Source: an uncultured Trueperaceae bacterium (lineage in GTDB: Bacteria > Deinococcota > Deinococci > Deinococcales > Trueperaceae). From it: DNA of 64,000 bases. Both the position numbers and the translations under genes were made by a program. Each line of letters opens with the position of its first letter. Within the stretch, counting starts at the first letter, position 1. The stretch spans positions 128,001 through 192,000 of the forward strand of contig CAVSGP010000006.1 in NCBI GenBank assembly GCA_963727505.1. Reading direction: 5' to 3'. Positions 14,066 through 24,140 of the stretch are shown here, one piece after another. The notes under the pieces are model-generated. The model did not search any database. It had not been told where the DNA came from and saw nothing but the letters and a program-made list of their open reading frames with translations.

Positions 14066-14347
14066 TCAGCGGTCGCCTCTCATCAAGCGCTCCAACCAGA
14101 ACGAGCGCGTGGGGAAGGCGGCGAAGGGGTTCTCGATGCGGGCGGGCTCGCCGTGGAAGCGGCGCAGCATGGCCTCGACCCGCGCGACATCGAGCTCCGC
14201 AGAAGCGCGTGTCGCGGTGGCCCTCGCGGGGGCGCGCCCCGCGATCCGGCCCGGCCCGTTGTGGGGGCGCGGGCGCTCGGGAGCGCGTTCGCTCCCTGGC
14301 AGTGGCATCCCGGCCAGCGTACGGAGGACGGTGGGCAAGGACCTCAT
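14066..14347 (-). CDS. Hypothetical protein
   Basis: TACCCT 6 nt before the ATG; the C-terminal half looks folded (ELDVARVEAMLRRFHG...FWLERL). Confidence 0.5.
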   Translation of the reverse strand: MRSLPTVLRTLAGMPLPGSERAPERPRPHNGPGRIAGRAPARATATRASAELDVARVEAMLRRFHGEPARIENPFAAFPTRSFWLERLMRGDR

Positions 14348-14450
14348 GACCGCAGGGTAGGGCTCGGTCGCTTTCGGTTCTCTTACCGGGGCAAGTGAGG
14401 CCGTCACCGACGCGCGTGCGTCGCTTCGGTCGCGATCGTCGCGGGTGCGG

Positions 14451-14518
14451 TCGGTGCGATTCCAGTCGCTGCGATTCCAGTCGCTGCGATTTCAGTCGCT
14501 GCGATGTCCGTCGGTGCG
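14451..14518. repeat. 15-bp tandem repeat, about 4.5 copies
   Basis: TCGGTGCGATTCCAG / TCGCTGCGATTCCAG / TCGCTGCGATTTCAG / TCGCTGCGATGTCCG / TCGGTGCG. Confidence 0.9.
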
Positions 14519-14851
14519 GACGCGGTCGAGGATGCGTTGTACCTCGCGCCAGCGGAGGTCACGACGCATCGACCCGGTGGTGACGAACGCGAAGGGATCG
14601 CGTCCCCGGAAGCGCGCGATCATCAGGTCCCAGCTCATACGCCTGCGGCTCATGGGTCGGTAGAGCACGGCCGACGCCCCAAGGTCGTTGTCGAAGCGGT
14701 AGATGCGTTGCCGCCATTCCTCGAAGAGACGTGCGAGGTCGGCGTAGGCCCGGTCCAGGGCGTCGTCGGCCAACAGGCGGTAGGGCCCCTCGTACACCAG
14801 GTGGTCGGCGTGGCGATCCTCGAACTCGAACAGCAGCTCCGACGCTTCCAT
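14492..14851 (-). CDS. Hypothetical protein
   Basis: TAGAAT 5 nt before the ATG; MEASELLFEFEDRHADHLVYEGPY... with typical codon usage. Confidence 0.7.
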   Translation of the reverse strand: MEASELLFEFEDRHADHLVYEGPYRLLADDALDRAYADLARLFEEWRQRIYRFDNDLGASAVLYRPMSRRRMSWDLMIARFRGRDPFAFVTTGSMRRDLRWREVQRILDRVRTDGHRSD

Positions 14852-14962
14852 GGTCGATTCTAGGCAGGGGTGAGGGCGCGACACCGTGACATCGTCGACG
14901 CTTCGACGCTTGCCGGCGGCTGCGCCGGCGCGTACGCGGGCGCTCAGGACGGCGCTCACGAC

Positions 14963-15826
14963 TCACGACAGCGCCAGCAGTGTCACTCCCAGGACCATGC
15001 CGAACGCCCCCGCCATGCGCCGGGATCCCTGTCCCTCGGCGAGCAGGCGCGTTCCCATCAGCGTGCCCACCAGGATGCTGATCTCGCGTGCAGGCGCCAC
15101 CAGGCTGATAGGCGTGAAGGTCATGGCGGTGAGGACCAGGATGTACGCCAGCGGACTCAGTACGGCGATGCCCCAGGCCGCTCCGCGACTGTCGCGCCAG
15201 GCCTGCGCCACCGCCGCCCGGCCCCGCCATGCGACGGGGGCCAGCAGCAGCGCACGGCCGGCCTCCGAGAGGTAGCTGTACAGGAGCGGTGACGCGCCCA
15301 GGTGGGCGACGGCATATCCGTCCCAGACCGTGTAACCGCCGATGAACAGGCCGGTCGTGAGGCCGTAGACGAGCGCAGGGCGGCCGCCCCCGCTCGGCGC
15401 GCCGCGCGCGCCGCTGCCCGTGAGCACGAACACGCTCAACACGATCAGGATTCCCCCGGCGATCCCGAGGGTGCCGGGCCGCTCCCCCAGAACGGAGATC
15501 GCCAGCAGCGCTGCTAGTGCGGGTCCGCTGCCGCGGGCAAGCGGATAGACCAGCGACAGGTCGCCCACCCGATACCCGCGCTGGAGCGTGACGAAGTAAG
15601 CGACGTGGAGGACGCTGCTCACGAGCGCGAAGAGCACCGCCATGGGCCGCAGCGTCGGGTGCGCCAGCAAGAGGTAGGCGACTACCGCAGGGGCGTAGGC
15701 CACCAGCGTGAGAGTGGCGAAGAGCCAGACGAACTCGGCGCCTCCCTGCGCGCGTTTGGCGAGCAAGTTCCAGCTCGCGTGCAGCAGGGCGGCGGCGAGC
15801 ACGAGGCCCAGGGCGAGGAGCGTCAC
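14963..15826 (-). CDS. EamA/DMT family transporter
   Basis: About 10 TM segments; AALLHASWNLLAK, GDLSLVYPLARG, VAPAREISI. Confidence 0.92.
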   Translation of the reverse strand: MTLLALGLVLAAALLHASWNLLAKRAQGGAEFVWLFATLTLVAYAPAVVAYLLLAHPTLRPMAVLFALVSSVLHVAYFVTLQRGYRVGDLSLVYPLARGSGPALAALLAISVLGERPGTLGIAGGILIVLSVFVLTGSGARGAPSGGGRPALVYGLTTGLFIGGYTVWDGYAVAHLGASPLLYSYLSEAGRALLLAPVAWRGRAAVAQAWRDSRGAAWGIAVLSPLAYILVLTAMTFTPISLVAPAREISILVGTLMGTRLLAEGQGSRRMAGAFGMVLGVTLLALS

Positions 15827-15848
15827 GCGCCGTCGCCGCGGCCGGGGC

Positions 15849-16307
15849 CTAGGCTTCCTCCTCCAGCGTGCGGCTCAAGTACGCGTCCAGGTCGGCATGA
15901 ACCGTGCGCAGCACGGTCTCGACCCAGGCGTCGCGTTCGAAGGCCAGCAGGCGAAGATCCCAGATGTCGGCAGAGAGCTCGGAGCCGGACACCGGCTCGA
16001 GCAGGAAGCTGCCGCTCGACGGCCGCATGTAGGTCTGCGAGCGCAACTCGGTCTCGTACGCCCAATGGGCGACCGTCACGAAGTCGTAGCTCGAGCCCTG
16101 ATGCACGGAGATGAACCCGACGCCGTAGCGATCGGGGGTGGTCGCCGGCTGAGGCAGCGACGCGAGTGCGGTGTCGCGAGCGGCTTCCAACAGCGCGTCG
16201 AGCGGCTCCTTGCTGTGGTGCAGGATGTTGTAGACCTTGAGCCGCCAACCCTTCGCTTCCTTCAGCCCGACGAAGCGGATGCGGCGGGGTCGGTAGGGAA
16301 CCTCCAT
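15849..16307 (-). CDS. Hypothetical protein
   Basis: TAAGAT 6 nt before the ATG; YRPRRIRF...GWRLKVY...GVGFISVH...IWDLRLLAFERDAW. Confidence 0.8.
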   Translation of the reverse strand: MEVPYRPRRIRFVGLKEAKGWRLKVYNILHHSKEPLDALLEAARDTALASLPQPATTPDRYGVGFISVHQGSSYDFVTVAHWAYETELRSQTYMRPSSGSFLLEPVSGSELSADIWDLRLLAFERDAWVETVLRTVHADLDAYLSRTLEEEA

Positions 16308-16358
16308 GCCGCCATCTTACGGGGTCGGCCACCCTCTCCGACTGGCATACTGCGGGGC

Positions 16359-17006
16359 ATGGCTACCATCGTCGCGCTCTATGCCGGCCGGATCGAGACC
16401 AGGGAGATGGCGGGTCGCGAAGCTTCCACCGCCATCGGCAAGACGCCCGCGCATGGAGCGGTGCGGCTGGGCGCGCTGGGGTTGGAGGGCGACCAGCAGG
16501 CGGACACCAAGAACCACGGCGGTCCCGACCGGGCCGTGTGCGTCTACGCCGACGAGCGTTACGCCTACTGGCAGGAGCGGCTGGGGCGTGCGCTGCCGAC
16601 GCCCGCTTTCGGCGAGAACGCCAGGGTCGCAGGTCGGCTGGAGGAGGACGTCGTGCTGGGCGAGGTCTGGCAGGTCGGCGGCGTCCGGCTGCAGGTCACC
16701 GAGCCACGCGTGCCCTGCTGGATTCCCGCCGCGCACAACGGCGAGCAGCGTCTCACGGCGTGGATGTCGCAGACGGGCTACACCGGCTACCTGATGCGCG
16801 TGCTGGCCACGGGCATGCTCGAGCCGGGGTCGGCGATCGAGGTGGTCGAGCGCCCACCGCGCCCGCTCTCGGTCATGGAGCTCAACCGCGTGTACTTCCG
16901 CGATCGCGACGATGTCGACGGTCTGCGCCGCGCGCTGGCGTGCGACGGACTGCTCCCCGACTGGCGCGTCTCGCTCGAGGACCAGCTCCGACGCGCGGGC
17001 GGGTGA
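16359..17006 (+). CDS. MOSC domain protein (YiiM-like) with C-terminal 3-alpha region
   Basis: GLEGDQQADTKNHGGPDRAV, FGEN, QVTEPRVPCW, TGYLMRVL. Confidence 0.92.
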   Translation: MATIVALYAGRIETREMAGREASTAIGKTPAHGAVRLGALGLEGDQQADTKNHGGPDRAVCVYADERYAYWQERLGRALPTPAFGENARVAGRLEEDVVLGEVWQVGGVRLQVTEPRVPCWIPAAHNGEQRLTAWMSQTGYTGYLMRVLATGMLEPGSAIEVVERPPRPLSVMELNRVYFRDRDDVDGLRRALACDGLLPDWRVSLEDQLRRAGG

Positions 17007-17085
17007 GGCGGGCAACCGGACCCGGCCGCCCGCCTCCGCTGCGCCCGCCCCCAGCCCTGGCGCATGGGACTCCTGCTCATGGGAA

Positions 17086-17112
17086 CGCCCCGCAGGACGG
17101 ACCTGCGGGGCG
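17086..17112. terminator. Hairpin between the convergent MOSC and ilvE genes
   Basis: CGCCCCGCAGG-ACGGA-CCTGCGGGGCG. Confidence 0.55.
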
Positions 17113-17140
17113 GCGCCGTTGAGGCGAGCGGAGCTCCTGT

Positions 17141-18094
17141 TCAGTCCACGTAGGTGAGCCAGGCGTCGAACTCCCCGATGCGGCCCTGGACCACGTCGAG
17201 GTAGGTCTTGCGCATGGTGAGTGCGAACTCGCCGGCCACCCCGTCGCCGATGGGGCGGCGATCGATCGAGGCCACCGGCGTCACCTCGGCCGCGGTGCCG
17301 ACCATGAACACCTCGTCGGCCGTGTACAGCTCGTCGCGCGTCGCCATGGTGTTCTGCACCTCGGTGCCCATCCACTGAGCGATGCGGATGACGCTGTCGC
17401 GGGTGATGCCGCGCAGATTGACGGAGTGCGCGATGGGGTAGAGGATGCCGTCACGGACCATGAACAGGTTCTCGCCCGAGCCCTCCGCCACGAAGCCCTG
17501 CTCGTCGAGCAATAACGCCTCGTCGTAGCCGTTGGCCCTGGCTTCCTGGTTGGCCAACACGGAGTTGACGTAGTTGCCGCCCGCCTTCGCCTTGGTGGGC
17601 ATGATGTCGCCGGAGCTGCGGCGCCACGAGCTCGTCATGAGCGCCACGCCCTTCTGCACGCCCTCGTCACCGAGGTAGGTTCCCCAGGGCATGGTGGCCA
17701 CCATGAAGTGCACGCGGTTGCGGCCGGGGTTCACGCCCAGCGACTCGGCGCCGTACCAGAGCAGCGGACGGATGTAGCAGGACTTCCGCTGGTTCGCCCG
17801 GATCGTCTCCAGGATGGCGTTGTTGATCTCGTCGGCGGTCACGGGCGAGCGCATGCCGATGATCTTGGCCGAATCGAGGAAGCGCTTGGTGTGCTCGGGA
17901 AGCCGGAAGACTGCGGCGCCGCGCTCGGTCTCGTAGGCGCGGATCCCCTCGAACACGCTGGTGCCATAGTGCATCGCGTGCGTGAGGACCGAGACCTTGG
18001 CTTCCTCGGGGGCGACCAGGCTGCCTTCGAACCAGATCAGGCCGCTGTCCACGGCCGAAGTGCTGGAAGGTGCGGGTTTGGATGGAACCGCCAT
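17141..18094 (-). CDS. ilvE: Branched-chain amino acid aminotransferase
   Basis: HAMHYGTSVFEGIRAY, YIRP, KAGGNY, EGSGEN, GITR, GTAAEV. AGGAGG RBS. Confidence 0.96.
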   Translation of the reverse strand: MAVPSKPAPSSTSAVDSGLIWFEGSLVAPEEAKVSVLTHAMHYGTSVFEGIRAYETERGAAVFRLPEHTKRFLDSAKIIGMRSPVTADEINNAILETIRANQRKSCYIRPLLWYGAESLGVNPGRNRVHFMVATMPWGTYLGDEGVQKGVALMTSSWRRSSGDIMPTKAKAGGNYVNSVLANQEARANGYDEALLLDEQGFVAEGSGENLFMVRDGILYPIAHSVNLRGITRDSVIRIAQWMGTEVQNTMATRDELYTADEVFMVGTAAEVTPVASIDRRPIGDGVAGEFALTMRKTYLDVVQGRIGEFDAWLTYVD

Positions 18095-18250
18095 GCGAAC
18101 CTCCTGGAATGCTGCTGCCATCATAAGGCTCGAGGTCGCGCCGGCCACCGCCGCCGAACGACAACCGGACACCTGCCGAGCCTGTTCTGAACGGCCCTCG
18201 ACCGAGCGCCGGACGCCCGCCCGCGGGTCGACCGCGGGTACACTACCGGC

Positions 18251-19231
18251 ATGAACCTCCTGGTGACCGGCGGCGCCGGCTACATCGGCAGCATCACGGC
18301 GGAGCGGCTGCTCGAGCGCGGCCATCGCGTGGTCGTCCTCGACAACCTCTCGACCGGGCACCGGGACGCCGTCCCGAGGGGAGCCGCCTTCGTGGAGGGG
18401 GATGTCGCCGACCCCGAGCGGGTGGGCGCCGCCCTCGAGGAGCACGGCGTGGAGGCGGTGCTGCACTTCGCCGCGGTCTCGCTGGTGGGCGAGTCGATGG
18501 AGCGCCCACTCGCGTACTTCCGCAACAACACCGCCGGTAGTTTGGCGCTGCTCGAGGCCATGCTGGCCCGCGACGTGCGGCGCTTCGTGCTGTCGTCCAC
18601 CGCAGCGCTGTTCGGTACGCCCGAGAGCGTACCCATCCCCGAGGAGGCGGAGGTTCGCCCGGAGAGCGTCTATGGCGAATCGAAGGCCCTCATCGAGCGC
18701 ATGCTCCACTGGCTGCAACGCACCGCCGGACTGGGCTACGCCTCGCTCCGGTACTTCAACGCCGCCGGCGCCAGTCCTCGACTGGGGGAGGACCACCGTC
18801 CCGAGACGCACCTCATCCCGCTGGTGCTCCAGGTAGCGGCCGGTCGGCGCGAGCGCATCGCGGTGTTCGGCGAGGACTACCCCACGCCCGACGGCACCGC
18901 CGTGCGCGACTACATCCACGTGCTCGACCTGGCCGAGGCGCACGTGCTGGCGGTGGAGACGCTGGCGCCGGGCGAGGCGCGCGCCTACAACCTCGGGAAC
19001 GGCAACGGCTTCTCGGTGCGCGAGGTCATCGAGGTGTGCCGTCGCGTCACGGGACGCCCCATCGACGACCGGGCCGCGCCGCGCCGCGCCGGCGATCCGC
19101 CGGCGCTGGTCGCCGACGCCCAGCGCATCCGCCGCGAGCTCGGCTGGCAGCCGCAGCATACGGACCTGCAGGCCATCGTGGCCTCGGCCTGGGCCTGGGC
19201 GCAGGCGCATCCGGACGGGTATCCCACCTGA
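18251..19231 (+). CDS. galE: UDP-glucose 4-epimerase
   Basis: GGAGYIGS, YGESK, LRYFNAAGA, ETHLIP, DGTAVRDYIHV. Confidence 0.96.
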   Translation: MNLLVTGGAGYIGSITAERLLERGHRVVVLDNLSTGHRDAVPRGAAFVEGDVADPERVGAALEEHGVEAVLHFAAVSLVGESMERPLAYFRNNTAGSLALLEAMLARDVRRFVLSSTAALFGTPESVPIPEEAEVRPESVYGESKALIERMLHWLQRTAGLGYASLRYFNAAGASPRLGEDHRPETHLIPLVLQVAAGRRERIAVFGEDYPTPDGTAVRDYIHVLDLAEAHVLAVETLAPGEARAYNLGNGNGFSVREVIEVCRRVTGRPIDDRAAPRRAGDPPALVADAQRIRRELGWQPQHTDLQAIVASAWAWAQAHPDGYPT

Positions 19232-19404
19232 AGGAAGGCCCAAGATCCCGGGTGCCGGTTCTCATGCCCCCATGTGTTATGACTATCCGGTCACAGCAGA
19301 GCCCGCCGTTCGCGCCCAGGACGGGCGCCGGCTCGCGCGGGCCCGAGAACGCGGGCGCCCGCTCGCAAGGCGCCATGCTAAGCTGTGCTGATTTGGAGAA
19401 TGCC

Positions 19405-20010
19405 ATGAGACGACTCGTGTTCTCGCTCGTGCTGGTGCTGGCGTCGGCGGCGTTCGCCCAACAGAGTGCCGAACTGAGCGGCATCGTGAAGAGTGAGCAG
19501 ACGCTTCCGGACGGCACGAGGGTTGCCATCCATGTGGTCGACAACAACAACGTGTGGGGTCTCGAGGTCGCCAGCGTGGCGCCCGTCGGCGGGACCTTCA
19601 AGCTCATCGCGAAGCCCATCCCCCAGGACCAGCTCCGTCCCTTCCTCAGCGGTTCCGTTTTGCTGCCCGGCCTGCAGAACGAGTACACCGTCACCCCGGT
19701 CGACACCAACGCCGGCGACCAGGTGAACTTCGCGGTCGGGCGCATCAACATGTACGTCGACAAGAACGGTAACGGCGTGTTCGACCGCGTCACCGACCCC
19801 TGGTTCATCGGGGTGCCTAGCCTGGAGAAGCCCGTCGGCTTCTTCAGCCTGCTCTACGTCGATCGCGCCGCGGTCCTGACCGGAGGCGGCACCACGCTGC
19901 AGCTCAAGCCGGGGTGGAACGTCTTCACTGTGCGCTTCCCCGGAGACAAGCCGGTGTACGCGGTGCAGCCGAGCGTCACCGACATAGCCCTGGATGTGTT
20001 CCTGCCCTGA
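19405..20010 (+). CDS. Secreted hypothetical protein
   Basis: Signal peptide MRRLVFSLVLVLASAAFA; beta-rich; YVDKNGNGVFD (EF-hand-like loop) and LKPGWN motif. Confidence 0.85.
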   Translation: MRRLVFSLVLVLASAAFAQQSAELSGIVKSEQTLPDGTRVAIHVVDNNNVWGLEVASVAPVGGTFKLIAKPIPQDQLRPFLSGSVLLPGLQNEYTVTPVDTNAGDQVNFAVGRINMYVDKNGNGVFDRVTDPWFIGVPSLEKPVGFFSLLYVDRAAVLTGGGTTLQLKPGWNVFTVRFPGDKPVYAVQPSVTDIALDVFLP

Positions 20011-20077
20011 CCAGCGGCCGGCGTGATGCCGTGCTCGCCGACAGTCACGGCCGAGCGCGTCCTGCTACGCTTGGTCC

Positions 20078-20548
20078 ATGAGTGTTTACGAGGGGACCTT
20101 CCAGGCTTCCGGCCTGCGCTTCGGCATCGTCGCCAGTCGCTTCAACGATCTCGTCACCCGCAGGTTGCTGGAGGGGGCCCGTGACGGCCTGAGGCGTCAT
20201 GGCGTCGACGACGCCTCGGTCGACGTGGCGTGGGTGCCTGGAGCCGCGGAGATCCCCTTGACCGCCAAGCATATGGCCGAGACCGGTCGCTACGCCGCGG
20301 TGCTCACCGTGGGGGCGGTCATCCGCGGTGCCACCAGCCACTACGACGTGGTCTGCTCCATGGTCTCCGGTGGCGTGTCGCGCGCGGCGCTCGACACCGG
20401 CGTGCCGATCGTCTTCGGCGTGCTCACCACGGACACGCTCGAGCAGGCATTGGAGCGCGCCGGGAGCAAGGCCGGCAACAAGGGCTTCGAGGCGGCCATG
20501 GCCGCTCTGGAGATGGCCACGCTGCTCGGGTCGCTGGACCAGGGGTAG
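20078..20548 (+). CDS. ribH: 6,7-dimethyl-8-ribityllumazine synthase
   Basis: [35 protein letters not shown]. Confidence 0.97.
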   Translation: MSVYEGTFQASGLRFGIVASRFNDLVTRRLLEGARDGLRRHGVDDASVDVAWVPGAAEIPLTAKHMAETGRYAAVLTVGAVIRGATSHYDVVCSMVSGGVSRAALDTGVPIVFGVLTTDTLEQALERAGSKAGNKGFEAAMAALEMATLLGSLDQG

Positions 20549-20593
20549 CGCGACGCGCCCGCGAGTGGGCAGCGGCGCGAGAGGAGGGTGAGG

Positions 20594-21373
20594 ATGGGAC
20601 GGTTCGGTCTGGCACAGGTGGCGGTCCTCCTGGCGTACATGGGTACCGTGGCCGTGAACGCACTGGCGGTCCTCCTACCGATCGGCGGGAGGACCACGCA
20701 GGAGGTCTCCGCGCTCTACCCGGCGTTGTTCGTGCCCGCGGGGTACGTGTTCTCGATCTGGAGTGTGATCTACCTCGGTCTGGCGGCGTACGCCGTGGCG
20801 CAAGCCGTGCCGCCGCTGCTGCGCGACGACCGGGTGCGCTCGGTGGCCTGGTGGTTCGTGCTGTCCGGCGTGCTGAACAGCGTGTGGCTGGTGCTCTGGC
20901 AGACGCTCCGCATCTACTGGACGGTACCGGTCATGCTGGCCCTGCTGCTCACGCTCATCGCCATCTACCGCGGCCTGCGTGTCGGTCGCGGCGCCGGACC
21001 GGCCGAGACCTGGCTGGTCCGCCTGCCCTTCAGCATCTACCTGGGATGGATCAGCGTCGCTACCATCGCCAACGTCAGCGACGCCCTGCTCCACGCGCAG
21101 TGGGGCGGCTGGGGGCTCTCCGACGTGGCCTGGGCCGTGATCATGCTGGCGGTCGCCACCCTGCTCGGGATCGTGATGCTGCTCCGCGAGCGCGACATCG
21201 CCTACGCCCTGGTGCTGGTCTGGGCTTTCGTAGGGATCGCGGTGGCGCAGCGCCCGGAGCCCGTGGTCGCCGGCGCGGCGCTGGCGGCGGCGGTGGTGGT
21301 CGCACTCGCCGTCTTGACCCTCGGCACGCGCAGGCGCAGCGGTGCCCGGTCGCCGGCGCGACGCGCTGCCTGA
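20594..21373 (+). CDS. TspO/MBR-like tryptophan-rich membrane protein
   Basis: FVPAGYVFSIWSVIY, PFSIYLGWISVATIAN; multiple TM helices. Confidence 0.8.
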   Translation: MGRFGLAQVAVLLAYMGTVAVNALAVLLPIGGRTTQEVSALYPALFVPAGYVFSIWSVIYLGLAAYAVAQAVPPLLRDDRVRSVAWWFVLSGVLNSVWLVLWQTLRIYWTVPVMLALLLTLIAIYRGLRVGRGAGPAETWLVRLPFSIYLGWISVATIANVSDALLHAQWGGWGLSDVAWAVIMLAVATLLGIVMLLRERDIAYALVLVWAFVGIAVAQRPEPVVAGAALAAAVVVALAVLTLGTRRRSGARSPARRAA

Positions 21374-21403
21374 GGGCACCTCCGGCGGTATACTTCGCTC
21401 GAG

Positions 21404-21787
21404 GTGAGCGAAGAGCCAAAGCACACCTACACCGCGCTGGAGATCGTGCAGGAGTTCTTCCCGGCGACGCCGGCGCGGTTGGTCCCCCGCGACCACGCCT
21501 ACAGGCTGGAGCGTGACGGGAGCGGCGATCTGCGTGTGATGGACGCCGCCGGGACCGAGCGGCTGCGCATGACGCCGGTGGAACGCGCCGGGAGCGATGT
21601 TGCACACGTGTGCTGCGACCTGTGCCACACAAGCTCGCCGCGCGAACACCTGCATCTGATGCGCTCCGAGGTGCCCGGCTCGGGCGGGCGCCGTTTCCGC
21701 TACCTCATGGCCTGCCGGGATACCGACGGTTGCGAGGCGCGCCGCTTCGACGACGCCAGCGTCGAGGTGCTGCTCGGCACGCGCTGA
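21404..21787 (+). CDS. Small Cys-rich protein, possible treble-clef zinc finger (FBP_C-like)
   Basis: CCDLC...ACRDTDGC; TATACT upstream. Confidence 0.65.
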   Translation: MSEEPKHTYTALEIVQEFFPATPARLVPRDHAYRLERDGSGDLRVMDAAGTERLRMTPVERAGSDVAHVCCDLCHTSSPREHLHLMRSEVPGSGGRRFRYLMACRDTDGCEARRFDDASVEVLLGTR

Positions 21788-21859
21788 CCCCGGCTTCCCG
21801 TTTCCGCTCCGGCTTCGCCGATCTTCGGACGCCCCGACGCGCCGTTCGCGCGGTCTCGG

Positions 21860-22690
21860 CTACCCCTGCACGCGTTCCGAACGCAGTTGGAGCGCCTTCG
21901 TGCGCTCGGGGAAGTGGCGTGTCAGCCTCGCCTTGCGCAAGTTCTCGCGCGCGATCCAGAGCCCGTCCCCGTCGCCACTCGCGAGCAGCTCCTCCAGCAG
22001 CGCGAAGCCGGACTCCGGTCTGGCGACGATGACCACGCTCAGGGTGTAGCCCAGCGCCTGCCGCAGCGTACGGACCGCGTTCGAGGTGCGGTTGCCGGAC
22101 GCGAACAGGCGCGTCACGATCTCGCGGTGCAGCGTGACGGCTGCGTCGGCGATCTCGCCGATCGCCAGGACCGCCGGTTCGGCGAGGGCCGCCGCCACCG
22201 CGCGGAGCTCCAGCGGGCGACCTTCCTGCACCCAACTCTCGAGCGCCGTCAGGGTCGTCTCGCGGCGCGCCAGCAGCAGGCGCTGCAACCCCATCGCCGC
22301 GGCCTCATGCAGGCGCCAGCGCGGATCGGCCGCTGCGCCGCGCGCGATGTCGAGGGCGGCCGCCGTGCGGTCTTCGACGAGGCACGCCACCGCAGCGGCG
22401 CCCAGGGTGCCGCAGAACGCCACGAACTCGCCGGGATCATTCACCGGTGCGCGGTGGGCCGACAACGCCGCCAGGCTGCTGCACAGATCCCACCAGGGCG
22501 CTGGCTCCTGCGCCGCGCGGCCGGCGACCTCCTCGGCGAACGCCGCGGCCAGCTCCAGGTTGGCGCGCGGGCCCGGAAGGTGGCTGTACTCCAGGAGCAC
22601 GCTCCTCACAGGGGCGTCGGCGAGCGAGTTCCGGTAGCGGTCCAAGGCGGCGAGGAGCGCCGCGGTCTCGGGTCGTGGCCGCGTAGGCAT
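21860..22690 (-). CDS. HEAT-repeat-like helical hypothetical protein
   Basis: SHLPGPRANLELA, AADPRWRLHEAAAMGLQ, LRQALGYTLSV, WIARENLRKARL. Confidence 0.8.
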   Translation of the reverse strand: MPTRPRPETAALLAALDRYRNSLADAPVRSVLLEYSHLPGPRANLELAAAFAEEVAGRAAQEPAPWWDLCSSLAALSAHRAPVNDPGEFVAFCGTLGAAAVACLVEDRTAAALDIARGAAADPRWRLHEAAAMGLQRLLLARRETTLTALESWVQEGRPLELRAVAAALAEPAVLAIGEIADAAVTLHREIVTRLFASGNRTSNAVRTLRQALGYTLSVVIVARPESGFALLEELLASGDGDGLWIARENLRKARLTRHFPERTKALQLRSERVQG

Positions 22691-22915
22691 GCCTCAGTTT
22701 GGCGCCCCGACGCTCCCCGGGGGCCTGCCCAGGTCACCGCAGGTCGCGCTCGCGGGGCCGCGCTGCGTCCCCTGGAAGTCCACGGTCGGGGCCGAAGAGG
22801 GTCCATACGCACTAAGCTGGCTCGAGGCTCGCCGCCCCGACCCACGGCGGGCCGGCATAGAAGCGGAGCGGCCGATGCGGCCGCATCCATGGGCGGGAGA
22901 GGGACGGTGCCGGCG

Positions 22916-24034
22916 ATGCCTGAGGAGCCGCCACGCGACGGAACGCGCCTGGGCCGCGAGCGCCTGCTGGAGCACTGGCAGGACGAGGGGGATTCTGCCT
23001 TCCTCTACGACCACTTGGCCCGACGCATGAAGGACGGCGAGACGCGCGCGACGCTCGAGCGCCTGGCACAGGACGAGCGCGCGCACCAGCAGGTGTTCGC
23101 GTCGCTGCTGGGCGAGGTCCCACGGTTCGCGCCCTCGGCGCGCACGCGTATGCTGCTGCTCGGTTCCCGGATGCTTGGGCCGCGGCTGGTGCTGGCGCTG
23201 GCCACCAACGAGGAGGGGGCCGAGGTCGCGCGCTTCCTGCAGGAGGCGCAGGACGGCGTCGACGAGCCGTGGGTGCAGCGGCTGGCACGTGAGTCGGCCC
23301 ACCATGCCAGCGTGCTCGCGCGCCTCAGCGGCACCTCGGGCGATCCCTGGCACCATGTCGACTCCGGCGGTCGCCTGCGGAACCTCGTCTACGGCTTCAA
23401 CGACGGACTGACCGCCAATTTCGGACTCATCGCCGGCATGCTGGGCGCCGCCATCCAGCGCGACGTGGTGTTGCTGAGTGGCTTCTCGGGGCTGCTGGCG
23501 TCTTCGCTGTCGATGGCGGCGAGCGGCTATCTGGCCTCCCAGAGCCAGCGCGAGGTCGACGCCAACGAGATCAACACCCAGCGCGCCGAGCTGATGCTCT
23601 TCCCCAGGCGTGAGGAGGACTACCTCGCAGGCCTCTACGAGGAGAAGGGGCTCACCGAGGACGAGGCGCGCAGTGCTGCGCGCCGCGTCATGGCCGACCC
23701 CGAGGTGGCGTTGCGCGAGCTGGCGCGCGAGAAGCTCAAGATCAGCGAGGAGGCCGATCCCCCACTGGTGGAGGGCGCGACGACGGGGCTGGCGACGGTG
23801 TTCGGGGCGCTGGTGCCGATCGTGCCGTTCTTCTTCGGAGGTGGGGCGGTGGCCGCCTGGAGCGCGTTCGCCCTCGCCATGGCGATGCACTTCGTGGTGG
23901 GCGCGGCGCGGAGCGTGTTCACCGGCCGGCCCTGGTTGCGCAGCGGCTTCGACATGTTCGTGGTCGGACTGGGCGTCGCCGCCTTCGGGTACCTCCTGGG
24001 CTACCTGCTGACCGGCATCTTCCCGACCGGCTGA
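22916..24034 (+). CDS. VIT1/CCC1 transporter with N-terminal ferritin-like domain
   Basis: N-terminal ExxH motifs (DERAH, ESAH); LRNLVYGFNDGLTANFG, SMAASGYLA. Confidence 0.92.
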   Translation: MPEEPPRDGTRLGRERLLEHWQDEGDSAFLYDHLARRMKDGETRATLERLAQDERAHQQVFASLLGEVPRFAPSARTRMLLLGSRMLGPRLVLALATNEEGAEVARFLQEAQDGVDEPWVQRLARESAHHASVLARLSGTSGDPWHHVDSGGRLRNLVYGFNDGLTANFGLIAGMLGAAIQRDVVLLSGFSGLLASSLSMAASGYLASQSQREVDANEINTQRAELMLFPRREEDYLAGLYEEKGLTEDEARSAARRVMADPEVALRELAREKLKISEEADPPLVEGATTGLATVFGALVPIVPFFFGGGAVAAWSAFALAMAMHFVVGAARSVFTGRPWLRSGFDMFVVGLGVAAFGYLLGYLLTGIFPTG

Positions 24035-24140
24035 CGGCGGCGGCCGGGCGCGGCTGCTAGGGTGGGGCCACGATGCGAGTTCCACCCCACGTACACGCGA
24101 CTTCCGGTGCCGGCACGCGCCGCCACCGTACGGCCGCCTG

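Noticed and set aside
14451..14518. Possible CRISPR arrays at the short repeats (also 24469 and 36094)
   Set aside because: Units of 13-17 bp are contiguous with no unique spacers, and there are no cas genes in the window.
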